A stretch of 64,000 nucleotides of DNA from positions 34,784,001-34,848,000 of the forward strand of contig NC_087447.1 in the NCBI RefSeq assembly GCF_036321535.1. Direction: 5' to 3'. Under the pieces are notes generated by a model, which was given only the letters and a program-made list of their open reading frames with translations, was not told the origin of the DNA and did no database searches. Below are positions 1-11,850 of this stretch, piece by piece. A program made the translations under genes and the position numbers. The first letter of the stretch is position 1. Each line of letters begins with the position of its first letter. This stretch comes from Camelus dromedarius. Taxonomy: Eukaryota.

Positions 1-123
1 AGATTTCAAGGCATGCTAGGTTCCCGCCGTGTGACATGTCCTTCCCATCCAGTCGTCTCAGGCTGCCCGGGCGTCCCTGTCTGCGTGGGTTTGACTTTTT
101 CCCATTTCTCTCCTTCCAATCAG

Positions 124-303
124 CCTGTTCCTGTGACACCCAAAGGATCCCAATTAGTGGCCGAGAGTTTCTTCCGTACCCCAGGTGGACCCACAAAGCC
201 AGCGGGCTCATCCTGCGTAGATTTCGATGGTGCTAGTAAAACCTCCGTAGGGACTCTCTTTGTCCCACAGCGAAAACTGGAAGTCTCAACAGATGTCCAT
301 TAA
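124..303 (+). CDS. E2F8: E2F8 atypical E2F repressor, last coding exon (PVPVTPKGSQLVAESFFRTPGGPTKPAGSSCVDFDGASKTSVGTLFVPQRKLEVSTDVH*)
   Basis: A pyrimidine tract and CAG acceptor at 121-123 precede a phase-0 frame ending at TAA 301-303. The peptide matches the E2F8 C-terminus as I recall it (FFRTPGGPTK, LFVPQRKLEVS). Its position upstream of CSRP3 fits known synteny. Confidence 0.92.
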   Translation, partial: PVPVTPKGSQLVAESFFRTPGGPTKPAGSSCVDFDGASKTSVGTLFVPQRKLEVSTDVH

Positions 304-885
304 TTGCCAGATTTGGCTTCACTTAATTTTCTAAAGAGTTGTATAATAGAGAAGATGTACTCAGACTGATTTGGAGAGCACATTCTCTAAAAAATACTGT
401 AAATACGTTGGGGATTTGCTTAGTTTCAAAACAGACACTTGTTTTCCTACTTATATATATACACACAGAGAGAAAATATATATTTGTATTAAGCGAAGTT
501 CAGCTGTCAGTCCTACAAAATAAAAGTAAAATGTTGAACTATGGTGTATTAACTTCTAAGGGAAAAGGATTCGTTTTTTTCAGGTGTGCCTATACTATTA
601 TGCAGAGTAACTGTGTTAAAGTTTACTTCCCTTTGAGTGAATATGTGACAGGTCTAACACAGCATCCTCTTCAACTTTGCACAAGGAAAACGCTGTGATG
701 TATAATGTATTTTTAAATAAGAGGGCTGTAGCTATATTTTTTTGTAATTTCTTTCATCTGTTGTCATTGCAGTATGTCTTTTTGTAACGTTCACAACAAT
801 GCTCAATCAAGTCTATGGAAAAATTATTTATAAAATGTATTTTCAATCATAAGTTGTTCAAATTAAAACTCTTCTCAAATGTATT
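304..885 (+). other. E2F8: E2F8 3' UTR with candidate poly(A) signals AATAAA 519-524 and ATTAAA 862-867
   Basis: AT-rich, repeat-free sequence after the stop codon; the hexamers are read directly. The 3' end is inferred. Confidence 0.65.
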
Positions 886-2334
886 TAACATTTTCATTTG
901 GCCAGTGAGGGCCCCGTTGGAAGAAAAGGAAAATTTATCTAACGTCAGAGGCATATTCTGAGGAAGGAGTTCTTGGTTCCCTTGGAGAAACAAAGTTTAT
1001 TTCCTATGTTCTTCCCCTCTTGATCCTCCATGTGGCTCCACTTTTATAGAAGTGAAAATGGCCTTGGAAAAGCTATTGCTTGGCCAAGGATACCCAGCTA
1101 AGTCCCACGTGCTTCCTACCACATCTTGGGAGATGAGAAAGGAAAGACAGGAACTGGGGTGCTCCCTGCCCTACACTGGTCTGCCCAGCATCTACCCTGG
1201 GCTTCCCGCTGTCTACAGACAAGGGGCTGCAGCTCCAGTCCTTTCACCACAATTTCCAAATGGCCCAGCTCCGGGGATGGGGAAAGCAGCAGGAAGGATT
1301 CTCATTTCGTCCACACTCAAGGAACTACCACATCAAATCCTCCATGAGCACCAAAAGAAAGAATGAGCTACAATGTACTCAACACGCACCTCCTTGATTC
1401 CCTGCTATGGGACGAACTGTAACTTAAGAACTGATATGTGCCTTCCCTGGTCAGGGTCTTAAAGGATCGTCGTAGTGTCTATTTCCTGCATGTTTACTAC
1501 ATGCCAGGCACTGTGCTACACATCTTAAAGGCATTATCTTTACATGCTAGGATGATGAAGTCACTGAGGCTCCCAGAGATTAAAACACAGTTAAATGTGT
1601 GCAAGGATTTAACCCATGTCTGTGGGCCCTCCATCCATCCATTACCCATCTCCCTCCAGATGCATGCCCAGCAGCTCTAGTAGGAACCAAGCACACTGTT
1701 TCTGGGTATTCTAAGCATTTGTAAGCTCACCCCTTGCAAATATACATGTTTTGTTTGCACAACAAAGTACGGCTAAGGGGAGGTTTCCACAGTGACTTAT
1801 TAGAGATCCCTCTTCTTCCACACCACTGGAGAACCAATTTGAACTATTTTCTCCCTAAGCACCTCTGCCTTTGCTTTTATAAGCCTACTTGGGGGCCATG
1901 TGGGTGATTCCTGGTGTAAGAAATGGCTCCTACCTTTAGGGTGTTTATAGTATCATTGAGGAAGACAGTATATACACACAAATCAATGAAGAAAGAAAGC
2001 ATGTCCATGCAATAAAGAGAAGGTAAGTTGTCAAACAGTAGAGAGAGACAAACGATAACAGTTCAGTGGAGCCTACTAGATCAATTGCATACAGAACAGA
2101 GAAACACCGACCCAGACAGACAGTTGCTGTGGCTCTGAGATGAAGCTCATGACATCCCCTCCTACTCCCCTATAGCTAAGCTAGAGAGACTGGAGGCCAT
2201 GGTTTTGTTCTGCCCCCTTGGGTCTCCACATGGAGAAGTACCTCCCTAGGACTGAGGTTTGGGGAAATCAGATCCACAGAAAGACAGATGTGTTAGACTT
2301 CAAGACTGCTCTGGGGATTGTCCCAGCTCTGCCA

Positions 2335-2690
2335 TTCTGACAGATTCGTAACATTGCCCATAACCCCCAACTCCCGGTGGTCATGCCCTTGTGGGTCCCC
2401 CCCCCCTTAGTGTGGGTGGGACCCTGTGACTTCCTTGTAGCCAATAAGACAAAGTAAACGTGTTGGGTCTGTGTGAGTGTGTGCACATGATTATGTGCCT
2501 GCTTTGCCAACTTTGAGGAATCAAAGTGATGACGTTTGGGGAACCCAACAAAGGAACTGAGAGCAGCTGTGAGAGTGGCCTGCAACCAACAAGCAGTAAG
2601 AAACTGAAATCCTCAGTCCTACCTACAGCCACAAGGAACTGAACTATGCTGACTACCTGCGCAAGCTTGCAAGCAGATCTTTCCCCAGTG
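2335..2690 (+). mobile_element. MaLR LTR fragment (MLT1 family)
   Basis: MLT1-type motifs 'agtgtgggtgggaccctgtgacttccttgtagccaata' and 'aagaaactgaaatcctcagtcc...cagccacaaggaactgaa...gcagatctttccccagt'. Boundaries are approximate. Confidence 0.65.
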
Positions 2691-5344
2691 GCTCAACTAA
2701 GCCATTTCCAGTGTTCATAAATGTCTTCTCCCAGTTTGTCTTATTATTGTTCATTGGTGTTATAGGCATTCATGGAAATAAATATCACTGTAGACATGGT
2801 AACCCCAAAGGCTTTCATGGGAAAAGTAATGTCCATTCATTTTTAAAGCTGGAAACAACCTTAAAGATGCCAGGTAGTAGCACAGTAGTGGACAAAGTTA
2901 TCTGCCTGGCATGAAATTTCTTTCCTCAAACTGCCTCCTGAGTTTCTTCTTAAGGAATTACCGGGTGGAGCCCAGTGGACGGTACCTGGGGGTCCCAACC
3001 CATATCTTGCAAGAGTGGGCTTGTCATCCAGTCTAGGCCCGCCTCCCTGGACTCTGACGTTCCATTTCATCCTCCCAGGGCGTTCTTACCATTCTGTCCC
3101 GGCTGCAACACTTGCTGGAGTTCCTGCTTCCCAGCCTCTGGAAAGACCACAGCACCTGCCCAGGTTCAAGCCTGATTTCCAGTCATCCACTGATCCTGTG
3201 GACGTTTGTTAGCCTTCCAAGAGGTTTCCTTTGCTTAAAGTTGCCCATCATGCCTGTGCCTGGTAACCAATGGACTCTTATCAAATCACAGAGTGAAACC
3301 CAGAGTCAAGGCACCCCAGTTCCCAGACCCGTTAGTTCTCTGTTCCCTGGGCCTGGTGAAATCCAGCCAAAGGCTGAATGGAAGAGGCCTTAAGAAATGA
3401 TTACGTCACCAGAAAATGCAAGCAACTCAGGTGCATTCAGGTGAAGGCAACATGCCACTTAAAATGCCTAAAGGGTAATAGTTGAAAGAAGAGGTACAAG
3501 TCACCCAAGAACCAGAGCAATAGAATTTGATGCAAAAAAAAAAAAAAATGTTTAAACCCAGCTTTAAAACAAGTCTCCTCAGCCTTGTTCTTTTTCAAGA
3601 GATTAGTGTTTCTGCAGATAAAGAGATTTTCAGAATTTAAGCAGATAAGCTGTCTGAGCAATCCTATTAATTATATAGATGAGTGTGGGCTGACTCCAGA
3701 TTCTTTACCATATTTATCACCAACTGGTAGTTTTTAAATCTTGAGAGCCTAAAATAAGAGATTAGCTGGAAAGAAAAGTGTTATTGTTCAAGGTTGAAAA
3801 AAAAGTATCAACCTTTTAATCAACTTTTAAAGAAGTGATTTTATATCTCAGTGTTTTATTGAGTGCATTCAGATCAATTACTTGCTCAATTGGATCAGTA
3901 ACTAATTTGGGCTTGTCATGATTATCAATAATTTGGAGAAAAATAGGGAATACATTATTCGTGTCCTTCAACAGTCAAGAAACTACATTTCTGAAAGTCT
4001 GCAAAGGAATCTTCCATATCCCATTAGTTAGGCTCAGAGTCTGGCTTGCCCTATATATACTGAAATCTATTTTAAAAGTTCTGGTTCAATCCCAGGTTTC
4101 ATCACACACACACAAAGTATTCAGTTTTACCACGTGCTCAGCACTGTGTTATGCAAAACAAAGCCAATTATCCTACTTTCGATAATATAAGATCCTCTGT
4201 GTGTGAATCTTCCAGAAGTTTACCCTGAATAAAAACATTTTAATTTTAATTACTGATTGAAGTCTTTCAAAAATGAAAAGATAGCTTCCCAGATTCCTAA
4301 ACAGAGTACTTTGAATATAATTTAAACTTTTCTTCATGTTTCAGAAACTTGTGAGCACTATTTTATTAAATTCAGATTCAACAAACAAACAATTTAGGCC
4401 ATCCATGATACAATAATGCCCTCAAGGGCTATTAAATAAGTAGGTTTGTATCTTCCTGAAATTAATGGCCCCAGGATATCAAGCTTTTCAAGTTCTGTTT
4501 TTATGGTTCTCTGTCTCCAACTTTGATATCAGCTTCAACTTGCTTCTTCTCTGTACCCTCATGATCAATCTCTCCTCTAACCCAGGACAACTGAAGGATT
4601 CCACGTTACTGCTGTCACCACATTTAGCTTTTATAAACCATTCCGAGTCATTAGATTTCTAACTACTTAAGGTGCATTCTATTTCTCTCCTTTGAGGTAA
4701 AGACCATGAGCTTTACCTCAGGTGTTTCTCTTGCCAAACAGTGGTCCTTCTCACTGTCCACACAAGTCCAAACTTGTTGACACTGGAAATCTGGGACATA
4801 ACAGAGTGCCAGGAATGCTGACTATAAATTATATATCTATATTCATTATCAAAATCCAGCACTTAGACAATAAGGGCATTTCTTAATGATAAGCATACAT
4901 AAATATGTGTCTTACATATAGGTATTGAGATATTCTGAGGAACACTACATGTCCTAGATATATGAGGGGAAAGGGTGGGACTCAAGAGATAAAAGGAATC
5001 TTTTTTATTGAGCATCTACCCACTCCAAAACAATATTACGAGGTGGTTACTATTGGCCCCATTTTGCAAATGAGGAAGCTAATTTCAGAAAGGATAAGGA
5101 GCGTGTCCCAATTATACAGGAAGTGTGCAAAGCCAGCGTGGACCTGCATCTCTGCCCCTGGCGGCAAAGCTGCGCTGATTCCAGAGCACCACGCTCCAGA
5201 CATGAAAGCTTCACACATTTTCAGACTGTGCTGAAACATGCTGATTCCAGACTGTTTGTGACAAAGCAGAACAGAGCTCAGGAGCACTGCTCTCGAGGTG
5301 TGACAGCAATGTCTATTTCAGGCTCTCTACCTATAGTGATTTAT

Positions 5345-5615
5345 ACTGAATCAAGTTGCTGAAGCCAGAACACCATTTCACAAAAACCCCACCATGTTAT
5401 GGTTGTGCCTTTGAGTTCGCCAAAAGAGGAATGCTTGGCTCCCTGGACTGACTGGTTGGTGACAGCTCTGATTTTCCAACCCACCCTTTGAAACCTTCAC
5501 TCTCCCAGCTCCTCCAACAATTGTGCAAGGTCTAATTCCTGTAAAAAAAAAAAAATTCCTTACTTCATAATTCATCATGGTTCTGCTCTGCTGATTAAAC
5601 CCTGAGTATACGATA
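5345..5615 (+). mobile_element. ERVL-type LTR 3' fragment
   Basis: The end 'catggttctgctctgctgattaaaccctga...' resembles old ERVL LTR termini. The family is uncertain. Confidence 0.4.
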
Positions 5616-6829
5616 TCATGGGGCACATTTGAGAGGAAATGGGGCAGAGGGGGGCAGTTCCAGAAATGGCCAGGGGCTGTCTAGGTCCCAGTGCCCAGAG
5701 AATAGGATGTGCCCAATAAATTGGCACTTTATAAGCTGTGGGTCATTTTGGTTGCCAGTATTTTCATAACTACAAATCCAGGAGCTAAAGTATTTTTAGG
5801 TCAAAGTGCCCTTTACAAATACATTGCATGGAACTCAGCCACTCCCCACTGCCGCTATCTGATCCGGCTCAGTGAAGATGCCAGGAGATTCTGCATCCAA
5901 GATCTCACCTGAGTCAGCTCAGTCTGATAGAAAATGCATGGCCTCAGAGCCAACATTTGGCTTCTAGTCCCAGCTCTGGCCCCCTAAATAAGGCACTTAA
6001 TCTCTCTGACTGGTTCCTCTTCTATCATTAGAGCAGTGAGCTCAAGGAAATGATTTCTGAGGTCTCCTAGAAATAAATTTTTATGAAAAGCAAATTTAAA
6101 GTCACTCATGATTCCTAGCTCATAAGCAGAAACTGCACTCAGCCAAAGGAATTTTGTCAAGTATATGAGAAAGGGATAATCCTGGGGAGAAAAGGAGACT
6201 CAATGAAACCACTAATCCTCAGACTTGTTACACATGGTCTTCCTCCTGGCCAACACCACATAAAGCAGATTTAGAATTTACTGCCGCTGTTATTGCAAGA
6301 AGTTGTAATTTCCGTGAAACTAATCTTACAGATTGGGAATCCATTTGTTCTCCTGTTGGTTTTAATACCTTGACTTTGCCTATCAGTTCTATATTTTCAG
6401 TCTGCTTTGTGACATTATTTGAGATGATATATGTGATCTAGAGCTTCAGTTAAAAGTTTGAGGGAAGTGAATAGACAGGCACCTCCCTTAATACGCAGCT
6501 TTCTGAATGGGATAGTCTGGATAACACAGAGCCTGAGGACCTCGGGGTTGGAAAGGACCTCACCCAGGGGTTCTCACACTTCCAGCTTGGACCCTAACTC
6601 TGGGCCCCTCAAAAACCGGTGCCAGGTTGGCTACATCAGAAACTCAGAAGCATCTTGGGTTCCCATCCTCAGAGATGAGTCTGGGGTAGAGCCCTGAAAT
6701 CTATATTTTTTTAAGTTTCCCAGCTAATTCAGATTTGTTGCTAGGTTTGAGAATAACGATCTGGAAGAGTCATCATCCAGTATTTAAATTGTTATTACAG
6801 AACTTCTAGTGCTAATCAAGACAGAGTAA

Positions 6830-7440
6830 GCCAATTACAGCCTATCTATCCCACTGATGATAACTAAAACCTCTGGATAGAATACAAAAGCAATTGTCCG
6901 AGGACTCTGAAAAGTAAACAGTAGCTAATTGATTGCGAAGAGAAGTCAAAACTTGGACAACTGGTACGGCAGTGAGGTGACTTGGTTTTTCTTTCCTTTA
7001 TCTCTTGGCTTTGATGGGAGGATGGGCTGAGTCCTAGAACTGTGCTACAGGAGTAGACAGCAAAAAAATCTGAAAGAAATCCCCTTTTTCAGCCAGAGGA
7101 TCAAGAAAGGGGGCCCTAAAACTGAAGAGTATGAAGAGAATCCCTCTAATTTTTCTGGGTTTTTTTTCTCCTCCCAGACCTCAGTGCCAGCCCTAGTCCT
7201 TAAGCTTCACTGTCACCCTGGCAGCAGCAGCGGTGTGGGCACCCAAAACTCAAACAACCATCTCCCGGTTTACAAGAATTGGGAAAAGGCGTCCCAAGGG
7301 TCCGAAGAGTGTAAGAGGGATTTCTATTATTTTTCTCTCTTCTTTCTCTTCCCGTTGCCTAGAAGGCACCCCAGGTGCTTAGAATTGTGTGAACGTCTGT
7401 GGGTTAAAATTCTGAGAGAATCATCTGAGAGAAACATCTC
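6830..7440 (+). mobile_element. Old L1 (L1M) 5'-region fragment
   Basis: Pattern resembles ancient L1M 5' UTR sequence ('aactaaaacctctggatagaatacaaaa...gaggactctgaaaagtaaaca'). Recognised by pattern only. Confidence 0.4.
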
Positions 7441-8769
7441 AGCCCACAGGCAGGCACAAGTCATTGGGCTACTCTTTTCCATGGTGGGCTGTTAAAAACT
7501 CTTTTACTTTCTATCACTGCCATAAAAGGAAAAAGGATTCACCGTGTTATTAGATGGATCAAAGATTTTTTTATATATATTGAAATAATATCAGCCTATC
7601 TACAATGTCTATTTTTATTGGTCCTAGTTTTTTCTTGGAACAAATTTATTCCTTCCTTACATATATGACAGTTCATCAGGTATTTGAAGATTTGCTATAT
7701 ATTTTCCTATTCTCACCATCACCAATTCTTCTCTGAGTATATGTGTCTGTCTCCTTGAGCTATTCCTCACACGGCATGTTTTTAGGATTCTTTATCACTC
7801 CTTAGAACATGATCTTTATTTTCAGTATTTCTTCCCAATCTCCAGAACATGATATTCAATTTTCAGCTAGCATATGACCGAGAAGGAAAACATTTTTACT
7901 GAAGCTGGGTCCCGTGATATCTGCCTCAACACATCTGGCAGAGAATGAAGAAAGCAATCTTACTTTATAGACTGAAAATATTATAGGGTCTCATGATCAC
8001 CAAGTTTTGCGGTCTAACTGTACTGGCTCCAAAGTCTCTAAGAGTTCTTAGAGCACTTTCAAATTCTAGCGTTTGGAGACAACTCACTAGAAGGAATTCA
8101 TAGACTCAAAATATCACCGAGCAAGTCAACAATAACCTCAACAAACCACCAGCACCATATCTCAGCATCTATAAAAGGATCCACATCTATAAAAAGATCC
8201 ACAGTTGTCACACTGTATACTTGGCCCCCATCCAGCACTATGTCTGTGACTAGAGCTCCTTGTTGTCCTGACCACTTTCTTCTAAATACTTACGAGGCAA
8301 AGTCCTCCCATCTTCCAGGAAACAGGAGACCTTTCTTAGGTTCCAGCTAATCTCGGGAAATTATTCCTCACACACTAAGCATCTCACCATCTATTTAACC
8401 TACATTCCAACTGACAGACATTGCCCTTATAGTATGTATACTTAGTGAGAAGTAAGTTTTATCTCCTGTGGGTTTATGGCACATTAGTTAAGATCTCTTG
8501 GTCTGTGATTCCAGATATAGCAAAAGTAGATTTAAGAAATTGGGTTGAAGTCTGCCAACCCCAAGACATCCCCTCAATGGATATTTGAAACACACATTGC
8601 AACTTATAACTCAAATTTGATCATAGATGATTTTCTGACTTCTATTTTTAATTCCTAAGTCAAGAAAAGACAAAAAAACACAGCCTATTTTTATAGGTTA
8701 GAAAAAAATTTCTGGTTAAGTGGGATTTCTGTTAAGCAATTTGAAAGTAGAACTTTGCTTGAATGGATC

Positions 8770-10045
8770 TATCAAAAATGAGAAAAACTCTGCAGAATAC
8801 ACTGAAAAGAGAATAGTAACACAAACCTCAGACAAGAAGAAACATTTGCAAAAGACATATCTGATAAAGGACCATTATCCAAAATATACAAAGAACTCTT
8901 AAAACTCAACAATAAGAAAATGGGGAGAGGGTATAGCTCAGTGGTAGAGTGTACGCTTAATATGCGTGAGGTCCTGGGTTCAATCCCCAGTACCTCCATT
9001 TAAAAAAAATCTTAAAAACTCAACAATAAGAAAATGAACCCAAGTGAAAAAAAGGCAAAAGAACTGAACAGATACCTCACCAACAAAGACATACAAATGG
9101 CAAATAAACATATGAAAAGAGCCTCAACATCATATGTTATTAGGGAACTGAAAATTAAATAATAAAATATCACTACACACCATTTAGAATGGCCAAAATC
9201 CAGAATGCTGACAACACCAAATGCTGACAAGGATGTAGAGCAACAAGAACTCTCATTCCTTGTTAGTGGGAATGCAAAATAATACAGCTAATTTGGAAGA
9301 CAGTTTGGCAGTTTCTTACAGAACTAAACATATTGTTTACCATATGTTCCAGCAACTGCACTTCTTGGTATCTACCCAAGGGAACTGAAAACTTTAAAAA
9401 CCTGCACGTGGATGTTTACAGGAGCTTTATTCATAATTGCCAAAACTTGGAAGCAACCAAGTGTCCTTCAGTAGATGGACAGCTAAACAAACTGTGGTAC
9501 ATCCAGACAATGGAATATTATTCAGCGCTAAAAATATATGACCTAACAATCCATGAAAAGACATGGAGGAAGCTTAAATGCATATTACTAAGTGAAAGAA
9601 GCCAATCAGAAAAGGTTGCATACTGTATGATTCCAACTATGTGACATTCCAGAAAAGGCAAAACTATGGAGACAATAAAAAGATCAGTGGTTTCCAGAAG
9701 TTGGGGGGAAAGAGGGTCAAATAAACATAGCACAGAGGATTTACACGGCATGGAAACTATTCTATATGATACTATGATGGTGGATACATCTCATTATACA
9801 TTTGTCAAAACTCCTAGAATGTAAAACATCGAGAGTGAACCCTAATGTACAGAGTTTGGATGATAATGATGTGTCAGTGTAGGTTCACTGACTGCAAAAA
9901 ACGTACCACTGTGTGCAGGATACTGATGATGGAAGAGACTGTGCAAGTGGGGACAGAGGGTACACAGAAACTCTCTGTACCTCCCACTCAAGTTTACTGT
10001 GAACCTAAAATTGCTCTTAAAAAATAAAGCCTACTTTTAAAAAAA
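8770..10045 (+). mobile_element. L1MC1-like LINE-1 3' end (degraded ORF2 C-terminus plus 3' UTR), interrupted by a SINE
   Basis: Translations resemble the L1 ORF2 C-terminus (KCPSVDGQLNKLWYIQTMEYYSALK; KLKCILLSERSQ). The 3' UTR is L1MC1-type and ends in AATAAA plus an A-rich tail at ~10023-10045. Confidence 0.85.
8923..9014 (+). mobile_element. tRNA-Ala-derived SINE (camelid Vic-1-like) with a 22-bp target-site duplication
   Basis: A box TAGCTCAGTGG 8934-8944, B box GGTTCAATCC 8977-8986 and an A-rich tail. Flanked by the identical direct repeat AAAACTCAACAATAAGAAAATG at 8901-8922 and 9015-9036, starting at a TT|AAAA endonuclease site. Confidence 0.88.
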
Positions 10046-11019
10046 CGGCAGGATAGCATTTCAGAATATTAGAGGGCTTTTGAGTTTCCTGTTACACAAA
10101 AGGAAATTGTCACAGCATCTAACAGGAGCCAGTGACACAGCTGCACTCACCACCTTGAAGATTTCTAATTCTCTTTGTACCTGTGACATATCATAGAATA
10201 TCTTCCCTCAAGATCTGAGTTTAAGACTCAACTTCCAAGCATTTTCTCCTTCCTCTCCAAACCATCTTCATGTGTGACCACTCTATTCTCTCCTCCATCT
10301 TTATGAACCCATCAGATGAACTAATCTTTCTGAGGTCTCTTTCTTAGCCTTCTGAGTGCCCTTTCAACTTTAAAGGGCCAGAGCCCTGATGTTTTGGGCA
10401 GTAAGAAGTTTCTTTTGTTGGTTGTTTTTGCTTTTACTTTTGTTTTTTTCCCTGTATCAGGAACTCTCACTTGATAAAATATTTTGTACTCTTTCTAATA
10501 CCCCAATTTTATGTAATGGGTCCCCAGGAGGAGAAAGGTGTTCTATGACAATATAGAACATTTGTTCTTGTTGCTAAAGGACCATCACACTCAAAGGGAA
10601 ATAAGACTGAGTTTTCCTAACTAGAAAGTAAGAATCTTCAAATTCTAGAATTAGGAGACCCCTGAAAAGTCATTCTGACCAGGATGAACATTTTGTAAAT
10701 AAAGAAATCAGAAAGGGGGACTGCCTCACTGAAGGGCACACAGCTCAATTAACGGCAGAGGTAAGACTAGAAACCCATATCTGGCCATTTCAATATGGTG
10801 TGATTACACTTTAGGCACAGCATGAACTTTTTGGTAAAGCCAATAAAAGGCTTCCAACTGTTCCAAAAACTAACCAATCCTTATTCTAACATTTTGATGG
10901 AGTGGCTGTGTGCTCAGATAAGCAATTTCTTCTTGTTGATTTTGTGCTTTATCTTTTGCTGCTTATCTCAGATCTGGTAGGAATTTAGCCCTTCTGAGAC
11001 CTTTCAAAACCACCCAGTT

Positions 11020-11850
11020 AGATGAATAAATTCGACCCAAAATTTTCAAGTGCCTATAGGCGCCAACACGGAGGACACAAAGATGAGTAAGATGCTTTCT
11101 GCTCCCCTAAGGAGTTTACCATCTAATGAGATAAAATGACATGTGAAAAACCAGCCAAAGTTCATTAGATGAGAAGTGTGAGAGGAGTGTCTGGGGGCCG
11201 TTGTGGAGAGTGGCATGTCCTACTCCGAAAGGGGATGGGGGGTTGGGGGGGTGGAGGCCTGCACTGAAGAGACAACATTTGAGCTGCTCATGGAAGGATG
11301 AAGAAGATTCCACCCCAGGGGGTAGGTTAAGAAGGGGGAGGACATTCCAGGCAGAGGCTGGAGCATGAGCAAAGCAGAGAGGCATGAGAGAGCTGGCTAT
11401 TTTTGGAGAACAGTGATTAGGCTGGAGAGGCTGGAAGATAGGATAAAGGAAAGTGGAGTGGTGGGAGAAAAAGTTGGAAAGTTAATTTGGGGTAAGATGA
11501 AGAAACTTGAATGCCATGTTGAAAATTTTTAATATGATCGCATGCTAATGGGGTTTTTAAGCTGGAGGCTGCCATCATCAGATCTGTGTTTCGAATGAAG
11601 ACTCTAGTAGCAGAGTGAGATGGAAGAGAGGTAGGGAAACTAAGTGGGAAGCTTCTGAAAAAGTCTAAGATGCTGAAAAGAAAAAATACATATGAATGTA
11701 TATGTATAACTGAATCACATTGTTGTACACCCAAAACTAACACTGTAAATCAACTATGCTGCAATAAAATTTTTTTAAAAAAACATCTAGGTGAGACATC
11801 TGAACCAGGGCAATAAAAGGAGCAGGAGGATAAAGAAGGGCTGGATTCAA
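11020..11850 (-). mobile_element. L2 LINE fragment containing a short + strand L1 3'-end insertion (~11685-11782)
   Basis: L2-type purine-rich pattern ('gacattccaggcagagg...agcaaagcagagaggcatgag'). The insert 'tatgtataactgaatcacattgttgtacacccaaaactaacactgtaaatcaactat...aataaaa' resembles a laurasiatherian L1 3' terminus. Confidence 0.6.

Noticed and set aside
13..123. N-terminal part of the 96-aa ORF 13..303
   Set aside because: It is intronic read-through upstream of the CAG acceptor at 121-123; only 124-303 resembles E2F8.
8166..8201. 18-bp tandem duplication CATCTATAAAA(G/A)GATCCA x2
   Set aside because: Two copies with no spacers: an ordinary slippage duplication, not an array.
8927..8998. 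Bona fide tRNA-Ile(AAT) gene
   Set aside because: It has a TSD and an A-rich tail, sits inside an L1, has an Ala-type body and lacks a T4+ terminator, so it was classed as a SINE.
9333..10027. ORFs 9333..9644 and 9845..10027
   Set aside because: Degraded L1 ORF2 and 3' UTR remnants, not host genes.
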